Below are positions 40,176 through 53,020 of a stretch of DNA of 64,000 nucleotides, piece by piece. Each line of letters begins with the position of its first letter. The first letter of the stretch is position 1. The notes beneath the pieces were generated by a model. That model was not told the origin of the DNA. It was given only the letters and a program-made list of their open reading frames with translations, and did no database searches. Both the position numbers and the translations under genes were made by a program. Source of the DNA: Tubulanus polymorphus (lineage: Eukaryota > Animalia > Nemertea); assembly GCF_964204645.1 (NCBI RefSeq), contig NC_134026.1, positions 4,425,950 to 4,489,949 on the forward strand. Reading direction: 5' to 3'.

Positions 40176-40969
40176 CAAACTGTGGAAAGCGGAATTTACC
40201 AAAACTAACGTTAATCATTTCAATTAAATGAAATTTTTAGAATATTACAATTCGTATGTTGACATGTGCCCACGCACGGTGTTTAGGTAAGAGTCGGCCA
40301 TTTTTTGAAACAATGTCAGGGTCGGCGTTCTTCGGCTAGATAAACAGCGAAAGGTTAAATAGAAAGATTCAACAAAATACCCGCTCATCGTGTGTTTTAT
40401 GAAACGAATTCCCTTCGCGAATTTGCCCGTTCTCGCTTACATTGCCAACAAACATTCTACCGCATAATGACACGATGTTTGCAAAAAAATCACATTTCGC
40501 GCAATAGCAAGCCTCCTCGATCATTTTATCCACTGCGCGTTTATCCATTCGTTTGTGTTTCGAATTGCGCCTGATTCGTCATAAATTGACAAATTACATT
40601 TCTCACCGACCAATCTCTCATCCCTCAATATTGTTATTCGACATTTTTACGAATTGACAACTAGTGCCACGCAGCCGCCATGTATGACGCCATTAAGACG
40701 ACCTTGACCTTGTCTACGTCCTCGTCCAGAGGTAATCGGCTTTAACTCTCGGAACTAAGTGTACGAGTAATTTCTTTATCGAGAAGATTCACGTAGAAGG
40801 CATAAACGATGGATATAAGGATATAATATGAATGGCACGTGGTTCAAGAAAGGATTTGTATATCGCAGTACTGCGACGTATTTTGAGATGAATCTGAAAA
40901 ATCGATTTGTCCGCACAAAATGACGGATAAGAGTCAAACGTAGATTTAGAATGCTGGTGCCTGGTTGAT

Positions 40970-41250
40970 CAGCGAGAAAACAAATTTTTGTGAATACTTA
41001 TACCGGGCTTCATAGATACTATGAAACGAGATTTCAGATGAACCTTCGATAATTCGCTTGTAGGCCCAGACGGCGTAGATAATGTCCAAATCGTACATGA
41101 TTGAAACTTCATCATCCAACTGTGAAAGGAGATCTCATCATGGGATTAATAGATCTCAATGGCTTGTGTTTCATTTTACGTTTCGGTAATCAGAACTGGT
41201 GTCGGTGGATATGTGTCAGGAATAGAAGTCACCGTACACGCGGCCTGTGA
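40970..41250 (+). mobile_element. Decayed CR1 ORF2 C-terminal fragment
   Basis: QRENK..LIPGFID/YYETRFQMNL (cf. QRRATKLIPGL..LSYEERLxxLNL), KGDLIMGLIDLNGL at 41125 (cf. RGDLIEVFKILNGL) and RTRGL (cf. TRGH). A possible continuation RNAMPLKIVKS (cf. WNxLPxxVV) lies near 41700. Confidence 0.65.
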
Positions 41251-42589
41251 GACTTCTTTAGGAGATTCTCTAGATACATCATGATAGTATTGGTGTTCCC
41301 AGTGGTTCATCAATGAGCACTACAGATTCAGCAATATCTATTTTATGTAAACTACGCACATTTGGAATGAATGCGGCGATGATTATTTTTCATTCTCTGT
41401 CACGCGGATACTAGAGAAATCATTGCATCTTGTAAACGACGATAAATCTATTTCCCAGCTCGAACGCGCAGCCGTACAATATCGAATTCATTTCGTCTGG
41501 AGAGCCTACACGTCCGTCCTCAAATTATATCCATAGCACTGATATATTACGCATCAATTTCAAGTCTGCCTCGTTCTTTGATGATGTTACCGCCGATCCC
41601 CGGAGACGGAATCATTGAGCATCGCTGTACAATGTGAAAACATCAGGTGTTACAAACTTCTATTTTCGCTCGAACGTTTTGAGCGGTGCTTGTCTCGTAA
41701 TGCGATGCCATTGAAAATCGTAAAATCGTATTACTCGAGACGATGCACGCGGTCCTTATATAAGATTCCATTCTTTTATTGCCGTATCGTACAATTGTCT
41801 TCGAAAACCAGCTGAGTCAACATCATTTCTAATATGCACCGATTTTATTGCACATCGATATACTACCTTTAATGGGTTCTTATCATATCGGCTTTTTTGC
41901 GAAGAAATTCGTGATGAGCAGTAAACAGTTTCACCCGTCAGATACAAGCAATCATCGTGCATGCTTAATATCACAAGCTAAGGCATATCTCATGGATTTT
42001 TCTTATTCGACGGAAAAGTAATTTACGTCGGAAATACTCCCGACAATCACGCCCACGTAATCAATGTAAGTCACTTAAATAAATCTGGTTTACCCCCACA
42101 TTTTACCAACAGTTCAAATGATGTACAAAATGGCCAATTTGTCTGCAGTGGTTCGACGACACATGTAGAATCTAATAATCTATTTTTTCGGTCTTTTATT
42201 TCGATATGACGTCAAACGAAGATGGTGGCAAATACAAACTGAAGCGCTATGTTCTTTACTTTAAGCAACGTCATTGTCATTTCTGAAGTTTTCATATCTA
42301 GAATTGCTCGATTCGGATCTACTTGAGTGATATCCGAGTTGGATGTCGTGAACTTCATATATAGCGTCACAAATAAAGATTTTAAAGAACAAGTTGAACG
42401 GACTTGGGTGGAGTCTACTGTACAGTATATCGAAATCGAAAAGGTTATGAACTGGTTTAATTTGAAAAGATACAAAATCATCGAATCTTAGTTGTCGAAT
42501 AAACACTATAAGCGTGTATACTGTAGATAAATGAAGAAATCCCACACTTCGAATTTTAAAATTATACGATCAAATTTATTATAATGAAA

Positions 42590-42631
42590 CCACAACGTTT
42601 CGGCTGTTGACTAACAGCCATCATCAGGTGG
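42590..42631 (-). ncRNA. Minimal type I hammerhead ribozyme (minus-strand copy)
   Basis: Exact reverse complement of the plus-strand hammerhead at 42645-42686. Confidence 0.9.
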
Positions 42632-42644
42632 AATGGTCTTCTTT

Positions 42645-42686
42645 CCACCTGATGATGGCTGTTAGTCAACAGCCGAAACGTTGTGG
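42645..42686 (+). ncRNA. Minimal type I hammerhead ribozyme (plus-strand copy)
   Basis: CCAC-CUGAUGA-U-GGCUGUU(AGUC)AACAGCC-GAAA-CG-UU-GUGG: intact core, 7-bp helix II, 4-bp helix I, palindromic ACGU helix III with no loop. Predicted cleavage after GUU (42682). Confidence 0.92.
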
Positions 42687-43069
42687 TTTCATTATAATAA
42701 ATTTGATCGTATAATTTTAAAATTCGAATTGTGGGATTTCTTCATTTATCATCGAATCTTCTTTAACTGAGGAGTTTATTAGTTTACCAGTTCGCACATA
42801 GGCAGTAAATATTATCTGCAGCTCTGGTCATTTGACTTTCCCTTTCTGTTGTTAGGAATTCAATTATTCAAATGGAAAGACGTTTTTTTCTCCGGTATAA
42901 GGAATCAATTATGCTCGGGATGATGAACTCAACGATCTTCATCCCATTAAACGGATAGCGTCTGGCGTCGAGTTGGGAATGCCAACGATTCCTCCTACTA
43001 CATTATTTGTGAGAAGGTGATTATCTTATTCACCGCGTCAACAATTTTCTGATCCTTCCAATCACAAAT

Positions 43070-43334
43070 ACTTATTCTAAACATTACTCGGATTGTGTAC
43101 TTTTTATGCCTTCAACGCTAAGCAAGAGTTAATGATTTTATAAAGAAATTTGTGTACATGTCACTTCGACAACTGACCTTAAGACCGATTCATTTCCTAA
43201 TTTACTACACTTATTCTTAACATTACTCGAAATTGTGTAAGATTTATGCCTTCAAAGATAATCAAGATTTTATCAATTTACAAATGAACGTTCAAACTTC
43301 GACAAATGACCTTCAGACCTATTCCTTTCTAATT
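43070..43334 (+). repeat. Diverged tandem duplication, ~139-bp unit x2
   Basis: ACTTATTCT.AACATTACTCG..ATTGTGTA..TTTATGCCTTCAA..ACTTCGACAA.TGACCTT.AGACC at 43070 and 43209. Confidence 0.9.
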
Positions 43335-46085
43335 CCTTTTTAGAATGTGATCATGGTTTTGTAGAAATTTATTTCATTTCAGATGTTGTCACATTCATGA
43401 TCTTTGCATTCATTGCCTAGCTTAATGGGGAATCGATTTACATCATAGAAGTCTATATGAAAATGGTCTTTCATCAATCTGGGATTAACTTCTTTTCCGT
43501 CGATCAAACCCATTCGCGCAACATAGAGCAAGCGTTGAATTATCCGTTAATCTTCTAATAAAGTAATGGTTTTCCGTCATAATATGTCAGCGTCAATGTC
43601 ACGGTTGCTCCGTACGCATTCACCACTTACACGAGAAAAAAAAGCGTTGCAAAAACTACCACTGCACGACCGCTAAATTTGCTAGGGAGAGAAAGTCGAT
43701 TTAGCTGCGAGAAGAATTGGATACTCTAGTCTACTGACAGTTAATAAGGTGTTTCCCCATACTGAATGGACGTCATTAACAAAGTTTCAAGTTCACGACG
43801 AATGGTGGCATTTTGCCGGTCACCAGCTACGGTTCACTTATCCTGTATCTCCATAAGTGCATCTCCAGAAAGGTATATTACGCGTCTAGAATAAATGCGC
43901 AGAGTCAACTTTTTGGCCATCGTAGACCGTTCTATGAAAAAAGAATCTCCAAAACGTATTTTGTCGTTAGATGAACCATCCCCCAAATAAGCTTTTGAAC
44001 ATTGGGTATGATATTAATAGCAGCTTTTACAATTTAGTTTATCGGAAAATAAAGTAAAAACAAAATATGCACTACAAAAAATATGATTAAAGCCTTTTTG
44101 TGTGATTCGTAGAAATTGATACATTCGAGGTCACGTAACCCAATTTTCAAAATTCCCCCGCGATCCCACCTGCCACTCCCACATGCTTTTCGCGTTGATT
44201 ACTGAAAAACCTCGCAGACATTACGACGGGTTTAGTGCAGTTTCCAAGAACTCCACACTGCGTATTACCTCGCATCGTCCTGATGACCAAACGAAGCCAA
44301 GCGATAACCTGGGATATTCGTTTTCGTTTCCTGGCGGAAATCATTTGCCTGTTTCGCTGGTTAGTGTGCAAGTCGTGTTCCGTTCGATTCTATTGTAAAA
44401 CCACGGTTAAACCCCTTGTAATCGCCGTCATTCTGATCACGTGGTATCGAATGTCAATTACTAGCCCGCGGAACACATGTCATCAGCACGGCTAATTAAT
44501 ATAGAGAGACAATGCGCATCCCTTGACATGGACCAACGACAGTACGCCACCGGCTAAAGTCGAGAATGATAAATAAGAATGCAAATCATTCCCCATTGCC
44601 GATGCGCACGGGCTCGTTCGTATTAATGTTGCCTCAAAGATATCACAGGCGAAAAGCACGACAGCTTAGTTTAAATAATTAATGAAACCTATTAACACTA
44701 TGTCTATATATACATATACATGTACTCATGAGTTATACATGTACATTTTTGGGTTTCGTTCTGGAGCCGCCCTGTAATTTTTATAGCAATCGACTGTAAT
44801 TCGCCTAAGGCATCCAGATATTTTTTCGAATCGGGAGGGGTTCAAATATCACTAAGATAAATATGTAGAACGGACTATACTGTTCACACCAGTTTCACCG
44901 ATACATTTCCAATATTCACCCGAGGCATGTTCGCAAATAGACAACAATACCGAATTTATCTTCATCGCCGGTGTTAAACGCTTGAGGAGGGAGGGGCTTC
45001 TCAGAATTCATTTGTAAAACAGCACTGTGGTTTTTATCAATTCATAAATCCGCGACACCATAGAAATGATTTTGAGTTCATCACTAAATGAACGCTAGAT
45101 TCTTACGCTTGATATTTTGAAAAAGATTACGACGATTGAATGGAAAATTCTATCGCGCGCTTATATATACCGAAGAGGCTCATTTTTAAGTGAAATATCG
45201 TCGCTGAAACGACTCAATAATATATCAACGTTCGGGACCAATAGACCATACACTAAGACCACAAAGTTTACGCTAAATCACACACGAAGGAAATGAATTC
45301 CGGCATCTCCGGAGGTAGTCAGTTCCGTCAGCTCTAGGGAACCTGTACTTTGATTGCATATTTCTGACGAATATGACGACCAAGCTTTGCTTCTTCAATA
45401 AATACCCTGGCTGATGTGTTTTTACTCCGAGTAAGTGCACGGCGGTTGTACATGGGCTTATTCATTTGCTCTAGAATCTTTCTCGGCTATTTCAAAGACA
45501 CCAAAACGGGTGAGACAAACGTCGGTGGTGACTGGACTTCTCGTTGTTCAAACAATAGCCGTAATTTGTCCGCAGTAAAACACTACATCAATCGCATCAG
45601 TCGCAAACAACCAGCGAGAACTCTCATTGCACCATTGTTACTTTTTTACTTGCCTGATTCAAGATGATTTATTTGGTGAAGCTTTTAGTGTTCATTTTGG
45701 TGTTTAAGTTACCCTATATACTGTGCCTCTATAGAGGTCTTGCACGCGAGTATTTGAGACCTGCGTTGCGTAACAGCAAAAGATAATCAGGAATTCACGG
45801 ATTTTGAGGGCTGTCATGTAAATCAGTTGTTGTGTTTGCCAACCAAAATGGCGTAGTCACATGGCTGCAGGACCTTTATAGCGATATCGTGTATCCATGT
45901 GCCCAAGTGACGGACGCCATATTGACGGTCAATGCACGATATTTACTTGACAGATCCCCGGAATTTGTAATTAACAATATCATCTTTTGTTGTTATCTTG
46001 TTATCTTCTGTGGTATCATGTTTATCCTGGAGGCCTCATCATTGTATCTATTTTAGGACGTTGTCAAATTCAAGCATTCCACTTG

Positions 46086-46111
46086 AAATGTCAAACGATA
46101 GTTTGACATTT
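46086..46111. repeat. Perfect 11-bp hairpin
   Basis: AAATGTCAAAC-GATA-GTTTGACATTT. Confidence 0.85.
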
Positions 46112-47829
46112 TGAAAGGAATAGTACGACGAGTTCAGACAATACTCATGTACACGATATACTCTATAACCAAGCTTGTGGCAGTCGTAACTTTTTGTACA
46201 TAAATGGTACAATGTCAAATGCATGGAAAATCTGGGTGTTAAACATGTGCATAGTGTTCATTTGCACCATTCGCTGATCGTCGAGGTGGTTATTTCACAA
46301 ATACTTAACCTAATACAACAAGAAAAATCACTCAAACGATTATGATCACCTGCAGCGTGTTGAATCCGCGCTTACTTCCATTCCGAATTGCCCTTGATTG
46401 TGATGTCGAAACGCCAAGAATCACGGCAATGGCGACGATGAAGACAAGATGTAAATAGTCCAGAGATTTATCATAGCACCATTCGTCAATAGATTCATTA
46501 GTGTCTATTCGACCTTTCTGACACGCACAGCTTTTTACGTCGAATAATTGCTGAAGTACCGCGAGACGTAGTGGAAATCGTTTTAACTGCATTGCCTAAC
46601 ATTAACGGGAAATTCGCCAGCTAAATTGGTCGCCAGAAAATGAAGAAGAATGTATTTTTCATTGAAACCAACGTAAATGACGTGTCAGTCTCATGGCAAT
46701 CAACTACCTCCAATTCTACTTTTCATTCTGTAGGAACATTTTCAGTTACGTGCAACTTTGGTAACCTTATTCCGGTACTAATGGCGTTTCTGGGAGTAAA
46801 CCTGGTAGAAACTATTCCAACCATTCTTTTTCCTGCCGAAAGTGCTAACATCGGTAAATTCATTGAATATGAAAACTAGCGGAGACAAAGATGTTGTAGG
46901 TAAGATAGACTAACTACTATACCATCAACGACTTGAACGGAACGCCATGTGGTATAAGGGTAGCGAACAATCTTGGGGTCGTACGGAAGACATTATTGTA
47001 ATAGCCAACTACTTATTGGTCCCAAGCGTAGTATACTAATGGCTACGAGGACACGAGAACGTTTTTTGCCAGCAGGATACCCGCCATCAAACCGGAAAAC
47101 CCTAATTTTTACGAGAAGTGCGGTCGTGTTATATTACTTAGTGGTTGTACGCGGGGATAAAATACGAGCCCAACGAAATGATCTATTTCGTTGTCTTGTT
47201 AAGATTTTCGTGGCTGTTACTTTCATCCGACCGACCAACGATTCAACACAAATTCATTCGATATAAATCATATTCCGAATTAAAACATATTGGAAATCTT
47301 ATGATAAATGATGCTGCATTTTCGCACTGTCACAGCGGGCCGTGATTGATTAATTGCATCGAGTTTAATTCACGAAGCTTTGAGTATCTGTCATACTGTT
47401 TTTGTCAATTAAGTTGTTTCGTATGCAAATCGCGTTTAGTATGCAGCTTTTCTTTTCTCCATTCGTTTTCGTACAAAGAGTTTTTTCGTCACAGAAAAAA
47501 CTTTCGTTCTCTGGTAAAATGCATTATTCCGTCTGATTGCGACGCGTACAGTTGTTTCGCTGATTTCCATTCTGGAAGTATGTTCTACCTAAGTTCTTTT
47601 TTTTTCGTTTGGTGCCGTGCGTCTTCTAAGACAAGTGGAGCCAGACGAAGTAAAGTAACGATGTTACGAGGGGTAAATATGTAAAATCATCCGTCCCAGT
47701 AGTGACTCTGGCGCGATATATTTGTGTTCGACAAATATTGGCACCGATGAAAAAGTTATCGTTCAAAAGTCAATACATTGACTGCAGGTGTCTTTTCATC
47801 AACCGGCTCGTGGTAATAACGAACGTGGC

Positions 47830-48250
47830 GGCTGCCAATTCGAATGAGGGTTTTTAATCGGAATGTGCACGAACGGCAAAAGGCTTATCGGTACGGCCCA
47901 GGACGGGGTTATATCGACATCCGATGTTTCAATCGATAGTAACGACACTGTTGACGTTGCAACGATGAATACCGGGGCTCAAAACGATATGGATCTTCAA
48001 TTTGTGGTGCGTAGTAACCTTTAATGGTAACACAACAGACCACCGTCGGAAGCGCTATACTAAATGAATGTTATCGTCAATGGTGCGAGCAATGGAATTT
48101 TGTGGGGATGGTTTTGTCGGTTCGGTCGACTTTTATGACTGCGAAGTGTAATCATCAATCGAAAAGGAACTACGGTTTCGTCCGGCTTGGATTGTATTTT
48201 GGCCAGGCCTCTACCCAAAGGTGCAGCAAAAATCACATATCATCAAAGCA
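47830..48250 (+). mobile_element. Decayed LINE RT core (domains 4-7; I/Nimb/Jockey-like)
   Basis: GTAQDGVISTSDVSIDSND at 47890 (cf. GTPQGxVISPxLFxIxhND), AQNDMDL (cf. ADDhxL), LNECYRQWCEQW..VLSVRS (cf. LxxhxxWCxxW) and VRLGLYFGQAST..NHIS (cf. YLGhxFDxxL..HI). Confidence 0.72.
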
Positions 48251-51083
48251 CGCTGCATAACGAACACATAAAAGAAAGGAAATAATCGTAAGATAGAGTG
48301 GCAGAACTATACAGAGAGATTTCCGTGCAGAAGAACAGGATGATTGACATGGGAAAGGAAAGTGAACGGATCCATAGGATTAGAGGCATGTATTACCAGG
48401 AAATCAGCTCAAGGAAATGTCTGGGAAAAGAATTGGCTCAGGAGGACATTAGATAAAAATTCTACCAAACTTTTGCATCGTACCTAGATACTGGCCTTTC
48501 GATTTTGTTGTAATCAATACAAGGGCTTTTGGGGATAGAACAGAACAGAGGCAATAGACAGCAATGCTAGAACCTAGTTGATTTCAACGTCGTTAAAAGA
48601 TGTGGAACAAAACTTTTTCCAGGAGTTTCAACAATCGTCAGTATTATTCGGAAGGGTTGTATGAATCTGTGATCTAAATACATAGACGATCAGCAAGCTC
48701 TTCACTTTCCTTGTATTGCTGTCTACGTTTAATCTGATCAACGATCTAACGCAGTTCTCTTTTTCCCCCTTGGCTATGAACCTAAATTCAATTTTGTTTA
48801 ATTCTCTCTCGTCGTCTAAAAATAAGAGTTAATGGCTTTCGTTCGCCCTCAGCACCAGGACGCTCGTCTAGTTCCCAATGTTGCGAACAATGGCTTTGTT
48901 GACCAATTCGGAGAATTTTAGGGATTTGAAAAGCGAAGTTGAATCGGTGCAAATCATATCGTGCAACAATTTCAAAAGAATAAAGACTTTATGAGTGTAT
49001 CATCAAACGTGTTGCTGTCCCTTTGATCGACGTATTAGCTCTTTGCTCATTCTTAAGCAGAAAATTAGTCGCAGTGGGACAGAGAGAGAAAGATAGAGAA
49101 AAAAACGATGTATCTGTTTTACTACGCTTTGCTTCATAAACGTAAAATATGCATGTGATTTGTTTTATTTGTTTTTCCTGATAATATCAAATCGCGTATA
49201 GTGGTTTTCTAATTATTGCTTATGAAAATATGCCAATGCATTTACCATGAATCAACTCGCAGAAAAATAAAGAGACCTAAATATAGCCATTAAAATCAGG
49301 TGATATCTATTGCGGCTGTAGACGTTGCCGTGCAATATTGACGTTCAAGAATGGGGTAATGGAACTCAGTAATGGTCTCCTTTGAAGATGGCCTCGTTCA
49401 TATACGACAGTGACACTGCCATCCGCTCCTTGGATGAAAGCCGGTCGAAATCCTATTAACGCATTTACAGAAATAAAACCCGGACAATTCCGTCTTCATG
49501 GAGGAAAAACTCCTACAAAGGGTTCAGCTCGAGGCCAGATTTGCACCAACACGGTTAAACCAGACGGGGGAAAACATGTCAGAAAATGAGGCAAATACCA
49601 CAGCACCATGAACAGACGTATTACCTCATGAGATGCTTTAGGTGTGTTATTCATCGTACAATCAATTCACGACACCGCGGGGCACGAAGATCTATATTGT
49701 AATTTTAGAAGCGCCATCTTGTCTGGGCTATATCATTCCTGCTTTTAGGACGCCCTTTAGAACTGAAAATACAAGGTAACTACTACTGTTTATATGCACG
49801 TTCGTTATTCTAACCATTTATAAACAGTTGCCAGGACGCTCCCAGCAAAAATGACTCAACTTAGACCGATCGATTTTTACCGCGATATTTTTAAATTCAT
49901 ACATTCGTGATATATACGTAGATTTACTTTCCGATTAGTCATCAGAGTGAAGTAGATTGTAAAAAAATTCGCAATAACACTGAAATTGCGATCGAAAAAG
50001 TATCACGTGCCATTGAATAACGATACTTCTTTTATGAATTGGATCTAATTCATGTATATGTTTTATATAGGTGATATTTATCTGTTGTAATTAGAGCTAT
50101 TGAAATTAGAAACTAAAATACATGTATGAATCATATATGAATAGTTTCCGAAAAAATTACATACAATCCCCAAGGAAGCGTGTTCATGAAAACACAGACA
50201 ATATCAATATCAAATGAAGTACCAACCTAAAAATATGTAAGTATATTCTAAAAATTGTGCTCATTATTGATTTCTGCCGAAGGCTTTCTAGAATAAATCA
50301 TACACGTCTCATTTGAAAAGTTGTTTTTTTCTGTTGTTGTTGTGACAACGTCAAAGATCAATACATAATACATGTATGTATCACGACTGGTGCCGTGCCA
50401 TCTGATGACGAGACAGAATTATCGCCGTTTCACTATTTCAAACATATCATCAGGATGTTGAAAGAAATTGAATAAACTGACAAATTGCTTTAGATTGAGG
50501 CCTTTGATTTTGTTATCGAGGCCGCTTTTTTAGAATGATTTGTACATTCATTCATTCCCAATGTTGTCTTGCCTAGTTTCCATGGTGACAATGACAATGT
50601 AAAAAAAAGGCACCGGATTCTGTTTATTCGGGTCCGAACTTCGTCGTATTAAAGAGAATGAAAGATAATAGATATATCATAAGTCAGGAATGAAAGGGCT
50701 ATCCGAAAGGAAAAAATTTGTAATATTCGTGAATATTTCATGACTCGACTGGCAGTGGTGGTACATGTATTAAGGACGACTGTATAGGATTATTTTCTTT
50801 CCACCACAGTGCAGCTAAAATATCACTGATCTTGTGGCTTATAACTTAAGAAGCTCTTGAAAATGTGGGGGCGACCGTCGTGATAAATCATGCATTTCAT
50901 AACGTCGATGCGTGGAAGTTCCATTGAAAGTCTGCGAACCACGAATACATGACTCCCCTTTCAGATTTGCGACAGAAAATACATCGCGTAGGAAATGCGG
51001 CATAGATCATAAGTGTTTAAGGGTTACCCATATCATATTACAATTCATAACAGTTGACTTATTTATACAAAATTGTACAAGAT

Positions 51084-51111
51084 TAGAACAAGATCTACAA
51101 CAAGATCTACA
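51084..51111 (+). repeat. Short tandem 12-mer ACAAGATCTACA x2 plus a diverged upstream copy
   Basis: ACAAGATTAGA-ACAAGATCTACA-ACAAGATCTACA read directly. Boundaries approximate. Confidence 0.75.
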
Positions 51112-51602
51112 GAAAACCATTTTCTTATTCCCTTGATTAATGTTGTTATATATAGTGTATATTGAAATTTTTAAAATCTTAAGGCACCACAAATACCAAA
51201 CTAATTCAAACGATACACGAACCGATTGATACCACCAATCAATAGAAGCCTGTCATCTATTGTCTAACAAAGACCAGTGAAAGATACTTAAATTACAGGA
51301 TTCGAATCGATATATCGACCGATGTCGATCCGATATGGAGCATAATGACGCAATTTGCGATTCAGGCGATGGAGCGAGAAAGGGTTGGCTCCGAAAATAT
51401 CCAATCATTGATCACACTAAAACGCAGCTGAAGCATTGCGCGAAATCAGTAGTTTTAAACCGATTTTCGTCAGACTAACGTAAGTTGTTAGAAACGAAAG
51501 CCTCAACAAATAACTCTAATTTTGGATCGGTCAATCCGCTCGACCACCAGAGGATGAATCTTATGAAAATTTTGACAACTAATTGTGAGAAAATTTGTGT
51601 AG

Positions 51603-51633
51603 TTTTCAGCTTCGCGCTAGCGCGGAAGCTATT
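51603..51633 (+). mobile_element. Possible Helentron/HINE (DINE-1-like) 5' end
   Basis: TTTTC-AGCTTC-GCGC-TA-GCGC-G-GAAGCT-ATT: a T-run followed by an AGCT-bounded inverted repeat. 3' end not identified. Confidence 0.4.
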
Positions 51634-52998
51634 CGTTATCAACCCGAAGTTGATTTGAGTTAGTTATGCGCCCTGTCCACGATGCAACGCTCGGCCCTAG
51701 GGATTCAAATATGGGTACCCCGATTTCTAATACATTGCAGCTGGCTCTTTAATGGAAAAGAATAGAATAGAGGTTGCAATGTTTTGTAGCCCTTTACTAG
51801 AGGTTTGACTAGGTAACTCGCGCAACCTACATGTACCTAATATCACAATACAACCAACACCCTACGTAATAAGTTTCGAAAAGGCACATGAATATATGCA
51901 GCATGCCGTTCATGATTATAATCAGTTCATCAAACATGGACTGCATAATGAAAAACTCCAATTTAGAAAATCCGTTATAGCTGCTTTACAGCTATATTCA
52001 TTTTTTGGATTTGTTTGCATTTTTTCTTAAAAGCTTGTTAACAAGAGAACGCTTTTCCAGAAAAGTCTATGGAGACATATTTAATTGAAATTTGTCATTA
52101 ACACTGTTGTTTTTAAACGCAGTTGGTTCAGAAGACAGGTGATAGATAGTGCGATGAAGGGTGTATATACCGGTAGCTAGATAAGTGAAAAGCTAAGTAA
52201 GGAGAATAGATTCTGTAACGAGGATAGAAGCACTGACTAAACCGTCTGTTCAGTTTTATCTAGGTACGTGTCCTCTCTCCCTCTCCCTGACTTCTGCTCA
52301 TTTGAATGAATATCTTCTTACGTTCCCCGAGCCGCCATATGTGATAAGCGCCTTGACTTTTTGTGTTTGATGAAGAGATAATAAGTGACGGGCTGTTTTT
52401 GACACGTCTTATCTTCTCGATATGTCATCCCCGTGTAGATACATGTATTTCGTGTTGTAGGCACCGAATCAGATCGATCTCTTGCCGGCGTGTTTCTTGT
52501 TAGAAAGCTAATTATCGTATAAAAAGCCTTCCCTTGGCAGGTTGTAAGCCTGCCATTAATGAAGTCATTCGTTTACGTCAAAAACGTGCCCTAATTGCAA
52601 AAATATATAAATATCCATTCGATCACGGGCTAATAAGTGTCACCATATTATGACCGGTGACATGAACGCAGTATCTTCATTCCATCGAATGCTCGCGCTT
52701 TATTTTAACAGAAAATCACAAGGCAATATTTCCACCTAGTTTATGGCCGATAAAAGTAACCACGACGTTCTGTTTTTCGTCGACGTAATGAAGGCAGAAT
52801 TGAAGAAATGAAATTATTTTGCACGCTTCGGATTTTCTGCTATATGCGAAGCTCATATTACGTTTATAGCGGCATTCGATGTTAAATTCGAAAGAGGAAA
52901 GACAATACTTCAGAATACTCAAGAAGCGCGCAATCGTCGAGAACAGCGTTTTTTCTTGAAGTGGTATAAAAGCAGAGTGTGATCAATAAGAAACCACG

Positions 52999-53020
52999 CT
53001 CTCTCACTCTCTCTCTCTCT
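52999..53020 (+). repeat. (CT)n microsatellite with one interruption
   Basis: Read directly. Confidence 0.9.

Larger units (their letters stand above)
42490..42750. mobile_element. Penelope-like element (PLE) insertion: two inverted pseudo-LTR 3' ends
   Basis: Arms 42526-42633 and 42643-42750 are 107/108 complementary with a 9-nt spacer. Each carries a hammerhead and AATAAA. The left arm has a 36-nt extension (42490-42525). Flanking direct repeat ATCATCGAATCTT at 42477-42489 and 42748-42760. Confidence 0.9.

Noticed and set aside
46700-47090. Possible minus-strand CR1 C-terminal remnant (NLPMLA; RSH*Y..WD)
   Set aside because: Needs several assumed frameshifts and cannot be distinguished from chance by eye.
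48280-48740. CpG-poor, purine-biased segment as a minus-strand LINE tail
   Set aside because: Plausible, but the motif match is too weak to call.
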